Positions 36,912-45,399 of a stretch of DNA of 64,000 bases are shown piece after piece. Both the position numbers and the translations under genes were made by a program. The notes below the pieces were generated by a model. That model was not told the DNA's origin. It worked only from the letters and a program-made list of their open reading frames with translations, and searched no databases. The stretch's first letter is position 1. Each line of letters opens with the position of its first letter. This DNA comes from a bacterium (GTDB taxonomy: Bacteria; Elusimicrobiota; Elusimicrobia; UBA1565; UBA9628): positions 11,058-75,057 of the forward strand of contig JAJXVH010000006.1 of the NCBI GenBank assembly GCA_021782205.1, written 5' to 3'.

Positions 36912-37756
36912 AGCCCGAGCCGGCCCTTGATCGCCCGGCCGAGGATGCCGCCCAAGCCGGGCGCCGGCTGGGACTGGTCCGTGTTCGGCGAGTCGGACGA
37001 CGGCGCGGCCGGCGCGGGCGCCGCGGCGGCGGCGGACCCGGCCGAGGAGTCCTCTGCGGCGGGAGCGGCGGCGGCGGGAGCGTTCACGGGCGGGCGGCGA
37101 AACGCCATGCCGGAGCCGAACGCGTGCGCCTGGCTCTCGTCGACTTGGGACTTAGCCCCCGTCCCGGACGACAGCAGCTCGAACGTCGTCGTCCGCCCGT
37201 CGACGTGCAGGACTTGCCGGATCAAGCCGTAAGGGCCGACGCCCGACTTGACCCAGACGTCGCCGGTGACGTTTCCTCCGGCGACCGCGTAGCGCGTCGT
37301 CTCGAACGTCCCGGCGGGGACGGAAACCTTGGCCGGGCCCACCTTCGTACGCTTGGTCGCGTTCGGGCCGCTCATGGCCTGGCGCGAGGCGCTCGCCATC
37401 TCCGCGCTCATGTCCATGACGCCGCGCGGGGTCTGCACGTAAGCCTTGATCACGCGGTCTTTTCCGTCCAACAACATCTTGACGGTGGGAGAAGGAAAGG
37501 TATGTCGCGGCTTGGGAGACTCGGGCGTCATGCGGCTTTCCAGCCAGGTGCCGTCGGCCGTCTTGCCCACGGCGGCGATATGCATCTTCATGACGGACTT
37601 TCCGCCGTCCGGCTTCGCGGAGGTGACGTCGTATTCGGCCCAAGCGCCCGGCGCCGCGTCCAGCTTGACGAAAAAAGAGGGCGATTGCGGCGCGGCGGCC
37701 GCCGCCGCCGAGCAGCCCAGAAGAGCGAACACGAGAACGTTGAATTTATTGGTCAT
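36908..37756 (-). CDS. Secreted hypothetical protein with Ala/Pro-rich C-terminal tail
   Basis: Signal MTNKFNVLVFALLGCSAAAAAA. Convergent 4-nt overlap with the octahaem gene. Confidence 0.6.
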   Translation of the reverse strand: MTNKFNVLVFALLGCSAAAAAAPQSPSFFVKLDAAPGAWAEYDVTSAKPDGGKSVMKMHIAAVGKTADGTWLESRMTPESPKPRHTFPSPTVKMLLDGKDRVIKAYVQTPRGVMDMSAEMASASRQAMSGPNATKRTKVGPAKVSVPAGTFETTRYAVAGGNVTGDVWVKSGVGPYGLIRQVLHVDGRTTTFELLSSGTGAKSQVDESQAHAFGSGMAFRRPPVNAPAAAAPAAEDSSAGSAAAAAPAPAAPSSDSPNTDQSQPAPGLGGILGRAIKGRLGL

Positions 37757-37893
37757 AAAGTTAATTTACCAATTTTATTCTCGCCGTCAATAGAGACCGC
37801 GCGCACGTTCAACGCCCCCTTCGGACGGAAGACCCACTTTCCTCGGCCGAAAGGCCCTGTACGCCGCCGCCGCCGAGCGCTATCCTTTTCTCC

Positions 37894-39558
37894 ATGAGGA
37901 CACTGATCCGGGCGGCCCTCGCGCTCCTGCTGGCCGCGCAGGCCTCCGCCGCCGTGGTGTTCGGCGCGGCCGACGCCGGACCCGCCGCCGTCGCGTCCGC
38001 GGGAGCGGCGGCCGCCGCCCCGCACCCTTTGTCCCTGGCCGCGAACCTGACCGGCCCCGCGCCGACCTTGGCCGCCGCCGCGGCCTTCCTGGCCGCGCCC
38101 GCCGCGCAGGCCTGGCTGATGGAAAACCGTCCTCAGGCCTATGCTCCGACCGTCGCGCGCGCGCTGCGCCTGGACGACTGGCGCCGCACGTTGAGCGCGC
38201 ACGACGATCCCCGGCTCCTGCGCGAGGCCGCGCTGGCCCGCGCCTACGATCCCGTGGTGACTTCCCCCGCGGCGCTGATGGGCCTGGTCGACCGCGCGCC
38301 CGCGCTCGCCGCCAACCGCCGCCTCTACGCGATCGCGGCGCTGGAGTGGGACGCCCTGTCCGAGGCGACGCGCGGCGCGCTCGCCGAACAAGGGCACGGC
38401 GAAAGCGGCTGGGCCGCTCTGAACCTGCCGGAACGCTACGACGCGGTGCGCCAAGCGCAGGGAGCTCTGGCCGCGCGCATGATCACGGCCGCACCCGGCA
38501 CGCCGGAGTACGCCGCGCAATACGAGGCCGCGATCGTCCGCGCCCGCGCCGTGATGAGCGACGACGAGATCGCCGCGCGCGCCGCCGAGCTGGCGCGCGC
38601 GCGCGCCGTGGCCGAGGCCCTGACCCGCGCCGAAGCCGCCTCCGCCGCCGCGGGCGGCGTCGCCGACGAACTCCTCTCCCGCGCGCGCGCCGCCGAAGAC
38701 CTGGACGAGGCGTCGGCGCGCGTCGACGGCGCGCTCGCCGCTCTCGGACAAGCTCCCGCGGCCCCGTCGCGCGCTCCCGCGCCGGAACTGACGCCCGCGG
38801 AGAACGCGCGCCTCTCCGCCTTGATGGCGGACGCGCTGGCGCGGGAGCTGTCCGGCACGGCGATCGGCCGCCAGACGCTGGCGGCCCTGAAGGAAAATCC
38901 CGCGTCGGTCGCCGTCGGCCCGACCTCTCCCGGCGTCGCCGCGCGCTACACGCCGTCGCGCGCCGCGGTGACCATCGGCGAGCGCGAGCTTTCCGCCTTC
39001 GCCGCCGCCTTCGGCTTCGACCCGCGCGCGTTCCTCTCCGATCCGCGCCTGAGATCCGACGCGGCTCTTTTCTTCGCGCCCTATTTCGTGCACGAGGTCC
39101 AGCATCACCGCCAGTTCGTCTGGTCGCGCGCCCACGGCCTCAAGGGCGTTTATAGTCAGGAGTGGGAGCAGGAAGCCTACGCCGCGCAGGCCGCGTTCAT
39201 CCGTCAGAAACGCGCCGAAGGTCCGCGCCTGGACGCCCTTCAGCGCCGCCTGGCCGCGCGCCGGCCGGACCTGGCCGCCGAGTTGAACCTGCCCGAGGAC
39301 ATGGACCGCGATCCCGCCGGCCACGGCCTGTGGCTTGCGCGCACCTACCGCACCGTGCCCACCGCCGTGCGCGCCGCGGCCAGCCTGATCGACGCCGCGC
39401 TGGCCGCCGCGCCCGCGCGCGGCGCCGCGGACTCCGCCGTCGACGCCGCGCTGGACGCGGCCGCCGGGCTGCTGGAGCGCTCGCGAACCGAACTGCGCCG
39501 CCTTTTCGCGGCCCGCCGCGCGGAAGTCCCGGTCGGGCCGGCGTCGAACGCGCCGTAA
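37894..39558 (+). CDS. Secreted Ala-rich protein with HExxH zinc-metallopeptidase-type motif
   Basis: Signal MRTLIRAALALLLAAQASA. ...FFAPYFVHEVQHHRQF... (HEVQH). Confidence 0.6.
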   Translation: MRTLIRAALALLLAAQASAAVVFGAADAGPAAVASAGAAAAAPHPLSLAANLTGPAPTLAAAAAFLAAPAAQAWLMENRPQAYAPTVARALRLDDWRRTLSAHDDPRLLREAALARAYDPVVTSPAALMGLVDRAPALAANRRLYAIAALEWDALSEATRGALAEQGHGESGWAALNLPERYDAVRQAQGALAARMITAAPGTPEYAAQYEAAIVRARAVMSDDEIAARAAELARARAVAEALTRAEAASAAAGGVADELLSRARAAEDLDEASARVDGALAALGQAPAAPSRAPAPELTPAENARLSALMADALARELSGTAIGRQTLAALKENPASVAVGPTSPGVAARYTPSRAAVTIGERELSAFAAAFGFDPRAFLSDPRLRSDAALFFAPYFVHEVQHHRQFVWSRAHGLKGVYSQEWEQEAYAAQAAFIRQKRAEGPRLDALQRRLAARRPDLAAELNLPEDMDRDPAGHGLWLARTYRTVPTAVRAAASLIDAALAAAPARGAADSAVDAALDAAAGLLERSRTELRRLFAARRAEVPVGPASNAP

Positions 39559-39568
39559 AAGCGCTAAA

Positions 39569-40477
39569 ATGGACGCCGGAGGAATCCCCATGCCCGCCGC
39601 CTCGCTGCGCTCTCGCCCCGACGCCTCTTCGTCTCTCCCCGCCATAAACCCGGCCCGGCGCGCGCTGGCCCGACTCAACGCGGCGGCGGGTCTTCTGCTG
39701 ATGGTCGCCGGCGGCCTGGTGACCTCGACGGCGTCCGGGATGGCGGTGCCGGATTGGCCGCTGTCCTACGGACAATGGCTTCCCGCGATGACCGGCGGCG
39801 TGTTCTACGAGCACGGCCACCGGATGTTCGCGGCCGCCGTGGGGCTGCTGATTTTGATCATGGCGGTGTGGACGCAGCTTGAGGACACGCGCCCCGGGGT
39901 GCGCCGGCTGGGCTGGTGGACTTTGGCTCTGGTCTGCGGTCAGGGCGTTCTCGGCGGCGTGACCGTGTTCTTCAATCTGCCGGCGCTGGTCTCCGCCGCC
40001 CACGCCACGCTGGGCCAGACCATCTTCTGCCTGCTGGTGGTCATGGCCGAACTGGTGGGCGATGGCGCCGCCGCCCCCGTCGGCCCGTCGGCGCGCGCCT
40101 TGCGCCCGCTGGCCGTCGCCGCGGCGGGAACGCTTTGGTTCCAGTTGATCGCCGGCGCGATCATGCGCCACGGCGGCACGGGGCTGTCCTGGCACTTGGC
40201 CGGCGCGGCGATCGCGGGCACCACGGCCGGAGCGTTCGCCGCGTCGGTGATGCTGAACCGGCGCGAGCCGGAACTGGCCGGACTGGCGCAGACCTTGCTC
40301 GCGCTGCTGGCCGCGCAGATTCTGTTGGGCGTGGCCACGGCGGACTTCCGCACCTTGCCCGCGCCGCGCGCGGACTACGCGATGATCGCGACGGCCACCA
40401 CGCACCTGGCCGTGGGCGCGTTCCTGCTGGCGACGACGGTCCTGCTGGCGCTGCGCGTCTTCCGCCTCGACGCGTGA
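39569..40477 (+). CDS. ctaA: Haem A synthase (COX15/CtaA family)
   Basis: LLLMVAGGLVTSTASGMAVPDWPLSYG...YEHGHRM...; about 8 TM helices with conserved His pairs. Confidence 0.8.
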   Translation: MDAGGIPMPAASLRSRPDASSSLPAINPARRALARLNAAAGLLLMVAGGLVTSTASGMAVPDWPLSYGQWLPAMTGGVFYEHGHRMFAAAVGLLILIMAVWTQLEDTRPGVRRLGWWTLALVCGQGVLGGVTVFFNLPALVSAAHATLGQTIFCLLVVMAELVGDGAAAPVGPSARALRPLAVAAAGTLWFQLIAGAIMRHGGTGLSWHLAGAAIAGTTAGAFAASVMLNRREPELAGLAQTLLALLAAQILLGVATADFRTLPAPRADYAMIATATTHLAVGAFLLATTVLLALRVFRLDA

Positions 40478-41655
40478 GCGCGCCGGGCCGCGCGCCGCAA
40501 GTTCTGATTGCGGTCGTCCCCGACGCCCCGCTGGTCGCGGGCCTGCCCTGCGCGGTGCGCGCCGCACGGCGGGCCTGCGCGGAATTGTCGCCCTCGCGCG
40601 TGATCTTGGCCGGCGCCGACGCGGCGTTCCTGCGGCGCTGGCAAGCGCCTCTGGCGGCGTGCGGCGAGGCGCTCGTCGGCGGCGACGACCCGCGCGCGCT
40701 GAACGACGATCTGCCCCTGCTCGCCCTGGCCGGGGACGCGTTGGCCGACGACGGAGCGCTGGCGGATTTCGTGCTCGCGGCCAAAGCTCCCGCCGCGCGG
40801 CGCGCGGCGGACCGCGCGGTCGCGGCTTGGACCGACTCGCCCGACGCTTTCGGCGCGGGCGCCGCCCGGCCTTCGCAGGTCCACGCCCGGCTCCTGGCCG
40901 CCGCCTTCCCGGCCATCGCGGCCGGCGCCTTCTTCGACGCCGCGACTCCGCCGGCCGCGGCGCGCGCGGCCGACGTTCTGTATGCGCGCCTGGCCAAGGA
41001 CAGCGACGGCTACCTGGCGCGCTTCGACCGCCGCGTGTCCTTGGCGCTGACGCGCCTGCTCCTGCCCCTGCCGGTCACGCCGAACCAGGTCACCGCCGCC
41101 GGCCTGGCGTTGAGCCTGCTGGGCGCATGGGAGCTTTCTCTGGGCGCGCCCGCGCGCCAACTGGCGGGCGCGGCCCTGCTGTGGCTGGCCTGCATCCTGG
41201 ACGGCAGCGACGGAGAACTGGCGCGCCTGAAGCTTCTGGCCACGCCCACGGGCGGCGCGTTCGACCTGTGGTGCGACCACGCCGCGCACCTGGCGACCTT
41301 CGTGGCCCTGCCCGTGGGCGTGGCGCGGCTGCACCCGGGAATGGACTGGCGGCGGGCCGGCGCGCTGCTGGTGCTGGGGGTAGCGGCCAGCGCGGCGTCG
41401 GTGTGGAAGCTGGTTCTGAGCGTTCCCGAGCGCGAGCGCGGCCCGCGCGCGGCGCTGGTCGAGCGCGTGGCCAGCCGCGACTACGTCTACCTGATCCTGC
41501 TCTTCGCGGCACTCGGGCGGCTGGACTGGTTCGTCTGGGCCGCGGCCGCGGGCGCGAACTTGTTCTGGCCGGCGCTGTGGCTGCTGGCGCGGGACCCGAC
41601 GCACGCCGGCACGCTTTACGGCGGGCGGACCCCGGGCAATAGCACGTCGGCGTAG
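40474..41655 (+). CDS. CDP-alcohol phosphatidyltransferase-family protein with ~190-aa uncharacterised N-terminal domain
   Basis: ORF 39916..41655 trimmed to GTG 40474 (GTGA overlap with the ctaA stop). Signature D-G-x2-A-R-x8-G-x3-D-x3-D, read as LDGSDGELARLKLLATPTGGAFDLWCDH. Confidence 0.75.
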   Translation: MSAPGRAPQVLIAVVPDAPLVAGLPCAVRAARRACAELSPSRVILAGADAAFLRRWQAPLAACGEALVGGDDPRALNDDLPLLALAGDALADDGALADFVLAAKAPAARRAADRAVAAWTDSPDAFGAGAARPSQVHARLLAAAFPAIAAGAFFDAATPPAAARAADVLYARLAKDSDGYLARFDRRVSLALTRLLLPLPVTPNQVTAAGLALSLLGAWELSLGAPARQLAGAALLWLACILDGSDGELARLKLLATPTGGAFDLWCDHAAHLATFVALPVGVARLHPGMDWRRAGALLVLGVAASAASVWKLVLSVPERERGPRAALVERVASRDYVYLILLFAALGRLDWFVWAAAAGANLFWPALWLLARDPTHAGTLYGGRTPGNSTSA

Positions 41656-43256
41656 ATCACGCCGCCGCGCGCGCTTAGCGGCGTCGCGTAGCTTTCCACG
41701 AACAACCGCCTCGTGCCGCGCGGCGGCCGAGGGTCGAAGGTCAGAAGCGCGTGCGGGTGCTCCAGCGCTAGCCAGGCATAGGGCTTGATTTCAGACAGCG
41801 GCGTGTCGCGCCGAATGATCGCGATGTTCCGTTCGGCCACCAGCGCCCCGTCCCAGGACAAACCGGCGCGGATGTCCTCGGCGGCATAGCCTCGCTGCTC
41901 CAACCGCGCCGCCGCCCGCCACAAGGCGGCGTTCCAAGCGGCGGCATCCCTGGCGCCGCACCATGACAGCGCTCCGAGTATGGCCGCGCCCCACCAAGCC
42001 GTACGCGGATGATCGGCGCAGGCGTCCAGTGCCGCCGCGATCGCGGCGGGCACCAACACCAGCAGGTAGCGGTCGTAAAACATGTAGCTGAGCAAAGCCG
42101 GCAGGAAGGCCAGCGCCGACGCGGCGGCCAACCACGCAGCGCCGCCACGCGGCGGCCGCGCGACGGCAAGAGACATCAGGGTGATCAGCGACACGGCGTC
42201 CCCCGCGGCCCATAGCGCGCGCGAGGCCCACCAACCCGCGACTTTGAACGCGGCGCCGGGAACAATGGCGGGTCCCAGGCCGCCATACCAGAGCTGGTCG
42301 CCGAAGCCCGGCGGGAGAAGCCGCGCGTGGAACGCGGTCAGCCACAGAGCCCCCCCGACGACGGCGACGACGGCGCGCGGGCGCGTGATCGGACGCCGCG
42401 CTGCGGGTGAGAGAAGCGCGGCCGCGCCCAACGGGAAGACCAGCAGACCCAGACAGGCGGCGGATGACGACAGGCGCAGAAGCGTGTCCCGAGCCAACGT
42501 CGCGGGCGCGTCCAGACGCGCGAGGCTTTGATGCGCATAATACCAAGTCGCGTGGGTCGCGCCGTAGGCGTGCAAAAACCATGTCCCCTGCAGCGCCAGC
42601 GCGGCCAACGGCGGCAGGAGCAGTATCGCCGCGCCGCGACGATCGCCGCGGCGAAAGAGGACGACGGCACCGACCAGAGCCGGCGCCAGGCCGATTTGCC
42701 GCGCCAACGCCGCCGCGATCGAGGCGAAGGAGGAAACCCAGAGCCAGCGTCGGCTGCCCTTGACGAGGCCCAGGACCGACAACAAGAAAGCGGCGAGGAA
42801 AAAAGCGTCGGTGTAGAAAGACAGCGTCACCCCGATGAACAGAGGGTCGAGCGCCAGAAGGGCCGCGCCCAGAAGCCGCCGTGAAGGCGGATGACCAAGC
42901 TCTGCCAGCAGACGCTCGAAGATGAAGAGCGCCAGCGCCGACACCGTCAACACGGAGACCCGCAGCGAGATTTGGCTGAAGCCGGTCGGGAGGCAGAACA
43001 ATGTCCCCCAAAGAATGTGGCTAATTGAGGTGGCGACGGCAAACTGTGAGATGCGCAGCCGTCCGGTCGTCAGAAGCATCTTGACGCTATAGGCATAAGC
43101 CCAGTCATCGCCGATGGGTACGATCTTGCTCATGGGGGCGGCAGCGAGCATCAGTCCAAGCCACGCGGCCAGGGCCGCGAAGGATGGCCAGGTACGATGG
43201 CGGGATGAAGCGGTCACTCCCGGCCCCGCGGGCGGAATGGATAAGTCTTCGCCCAT
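41616..43256 (-). CDS. Polytopic GT-C-type (PMT/ArnT-like, GT39/83-like) glycosyltransferase
   Basis: More than 10 predicted TM helices. First-loop acidic motif PIGDDWAYAYS. C-terminal soluble domain. 40-nt convergent overlap with the previous gene. Confidence 0.5.
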   Translation of the reverse strand: MGEDLSIPPAGPGVTASSRHRTWPSFAALAAWLGLMLAAAPMSKIVPIGDDWAYAYSVKMLLTTGRLRISQFAVATSISHILWGTLFCLPTGFSQISLRVSVLTVSALALFIFERLLAELGHPPSRRLLGAALLALDPLFIGVTLSFYTDAFFLAAFLLSVLGLVKGSRRWLWVSSFASIAAALARQIGLAPALVGAVVLFRRGDRRGAAILLLPPLAALALQGTWFLHAYGATHATWYYAHQSLARLDAPATLARDTLLRLSSSAACLGLLVFPLGAAALLSPAARRPITRPRAVVAVVGGALWLTAFHARLLPPGFGDQLWYGGLGPAIVPGAAFKVAGWWASRALWAAGDAVSLITLMSLAVARPPRGGAAWLAAASALAFLPALLSYMFYDRYLLVLVPAAIAAALDACADHPRTAWWGAAILGALSWCGARDAAAWNAALWRAAARLEQRGYAAEDIRAGLSWDGALVAERNIAIIRRDTPLSEIKPYAWLALEHPHALLTFDPRPPRGTRRLFVESYATPLSARGGVIYADVLLPGVRPP

Positions 43257-43978
43257 CAGTCCTCAACGCCCCATGCAGTCAGCGTCGCGCGCTCCTCGTC
43301 GATAGACTTCACCTTCTTAAAGCGCGCGCCGCTTCTGCCCTTCACGCGCGCCTCGCACTGCGCCCAGGTGGCGTGGCGCTCCAGGCGGCCGTCAAGAAGG
43401 CTGAGGTAGGACGCCGGCCCGGACGCGACGGCGGCGCGGGCGCGCGGCGCGCTCTTGCGCGCGGGCGCGGGCGCGTCGGCCGAGGGCGCCAGCGAGCCGT
43501 AAGGGTAGCCCGTCAGCGGCCCCGCGTAGAGCTCCACCGGACGGCCGCGCGAGAAGGCGACGGCGATCTCGTCGCAGCGTTCGTTGGCGTCGTGGCCGCT
43601 GTGCCCCTTGACCCAGCGCCACTGCACGCCGCCGCGTCCGCGCGCGGCGACCAGCGCGTCGAGCTCCCGCCACAGGTCCTCGTTCTTGACCGGCTCGCCC
43701 GCCGCCGTGCGCCAGCCGCGGCGCTTCCAGCCGGAAATCCAGCCCGTGATGCCGCCCAAGACATAGGTCGAGTCCGAGTGCGCGATCACGGGCTGGCTCA
43801 GGTGCGCGACGGCGCGCAGTCCGGCGATCACTCCGCCCAGCTCCATGCGGTTGTTGGTGGTCGCCGCTTCGCGTCCGCCCAGCTCCCGCACGGTGCCGTC
43901 GGGCAGCGCCAGCACGCACGCCCATCCCCCGGGTCCGGGATTGCCCGAGCACGCGCCGTCGGCGAACAGTACGATCAT
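43256..43978 (-). CDS. rnhA: Ribonuclease HI with C-terminal hybrid-binding (Cauli_VI-like) domain
   Basis: Trimmed to Met10 (MIVLFADGACSGNPGPGGWA...TNNRMEL...SDSTYV...GHSGHDANERCDE). C-terminal ~50 aa read YLSLLDGRLERHATWAQCEARVKGRSGARFKKVKSIDEE. Confidence 0.85.
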   Translation of the reverse strand: MIVLFADGACSGNPGPGGWACVLALPDGTVRELGGREAATTNNRMELGGVIAGLRAVAHLSQPVIAHSDSTYVLGGITGWISGWKRRGWRTAAGEPVKNEDLWRELDALVAARGRGGVQWRWVKGHSGHDANERCDEIAVAFSRGRPVELYAGPLTGYPYGSLAPSADAPAPARKSAPRARAAVASGPASYLSLLDGRLERHATWAQCEARVKGRSGARFKKVKSIDEERATLTAWGVED

Positions 43979-44082
43979 GAGGCGACATCTTAACAAACGG
44001 CCCACGGGGCGCGCGGTCGAGCGCGGATTTTCACGCCTTGAACTTCACTTTGGCCTTGCGCATGCGCGGGTCTCGGCTTCGT

Positions 44083-44919
44083 TCATTCGAGCTTCTTGCG
44101 AAATTCAGCCGGAGGCAGAAAACTTTCCGAGGATATCACCTTTCTGCCGGTCTTGGATTCCAGTTCCAGCCGCGCTCTCTTGGCGATGCGTCCACCCTTC
44201 TTCGCGGCGTCCTTATTTTCGCCCATGCCGGTGGCGTCCACGCTCTCGGCGATCTGCCGCGTGGAAAGCTCGGCCAGCGCGGTAAAGATCAGCTCCGCCT
44301 CGGTCATGTGGTCGCGCAAGTTCTGGCTTTCAAGCCCCTTGAGCTTCTTGTGTCCCTGAACGGAGACGTCCGCCCATTCCTGATGGATGATGTTGGTCAG
44401 GATCGCGTATTCGTCATCCTTCTTGATCTTGTGCTTGGCCCAATAGTCCGTAAGCTTGTTGCGCGTCTCCTGCCCCGTCATGCGCTGTTCGATCCACTTC
44501 TCGCTGCGGCCGTGCTTCTTCCACGTCTCCCGCGCGCGGTCCAGCGATAGCGCCGGGTCGGACATCTCCTTCATCCGTTCGTAGCCGACTTTCGCGAGCC
44601 ACAACTTGATGGGCTCCGCCTTGGGACTGGGCACGCTCTGCACCAGTCGCAGCAGCGTCTCGGCGTCCGCCACGTCTGTAAGGTAACTTTTGCCATCGGC
44701 GGCGGTCATTTTCAGTCGGTTACAATTTGTAACCGACTGATTTCCCTCCTTGTGAAGCCGATTCTTAAGAACCTTCCAGTAGTTCCGCGCCGATTGGAAG
44801 TCGGGCTGCTGAATCAGCACCTGGATGATGTCGACGATCGAAAAATACCATACATCGGCTTTCGCGTCGTAAGTGCGCCGTATCTTGCGCCCTTCAAAGA
44901 TGGCTGAATCATTTGCCAT
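44083..44919 (-). CDS. Bro-N domain protein (phage antirepressor/DinD-like)
   Basis: IFEGRKIRRTYDAKADVWYFSIVDIIQVL...SPKAEPIKLWLAKVGYERMKE. Visibly lower G+C than the flanks. Confidence 0.8.
   Translation of the reverse strand: MANDSAIFEGRKIRRTYDAKADVWYFSIVDIIQVLIQQPDFQSARNYWKVLKNRLHKEGNQSVTNCNRLKMTAADGKSYLTDVADAETLLRLVQSVPSPKAEPIKLWLAKVGYERMKEMSDPALSLDRARETWKKHGRSEKWIEQRMTGQETRNKLTDYWAKHKIKKDDEYAILTNIIHQEWADVSVQGHKKLKGLESQNLRDHMTEAELIFTALAELSTRQIAESVDATGMGENKDAAKKGGRIAKRARLELESKTGRKVISSESFLPPAEFRKKLE
44712..44740. repeat. 29-nt perfect palindrome inside the Bro-N coding sequence
   Basis: TCAGTCGGTTACAA-T-TTGTAACCGACTGA, read directly. Encodes ...NQSVTNCNRLK... Confidence 0.9.
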
Positions 44920-45132
44920 TGCGTCCTCCTAAAGTCCCCCAGTGCGCGGAACAAAAGACGGCGACGTCTTAGAGTCCAGGTCGGGATACACCGATATCAA
45001 AGCCCAGCTCAAGAAACTCGCCGGCAAAGAGACCGCCCCTTCCGCACCAAGGCAGCGTGTGGCGAAGATTGATTACAAACTCGCGGGAAAATGTTTCCAC
45101 TTTAAGGCAGGCCTTCTATTCACGGATTGGGC

Positions 45133-45351
45133 TTATTTTCTTTCTTCAGACTGGAGGAGCGGCCGCGGAACGTGCCCGGTCGCCTGTAGAACGTCCCTGT
45201 GAGCAAGCATCGAGAAGCAGAAGGCGTGCACGGTCTGCGCTTCGACATTCTCTGCGCCAGCGATTCCAATCGCCGCGACCGCCCGAGAAAGATCACCGGC
45301 AGCGACCGCAAAATTTCTAATCTGCTTTTCGTTTTGCAAGGATTGAGCCAT
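45133..45351 (-). pseudogene. Possible remnant of a UvrD/REP-type helicase gene
   Basis: The 72-aa ORF contains FAVAAGDLSRAV...VEAQTVHAFCFSML, resembling helicase motifs Ia-II/III context (FTxxAAxELxxRV ... TFHSFC). No P-loop upstream and no continuation downstream. Confidence 0.3.
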
Positions 45352-45399
45352 TTTGATTTGGGGCCGTCGGTCGCGTAACCGCGCAGTAAAAGGCTATTC

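Noticed and set aside
37753-39678. 641-aa minus-strand ORF
   Set aside because: It is a shadow of the plus-strand HExxH protein gene, with an extreme Arg/Gly composition.
44942-45202. 86-aa plus-strand ORF between the Bro-N gene and the helicase fragment
   Set aside because: It has a GTG start without an RBS and no motif. It lies in a region that looks like decayed sequence.
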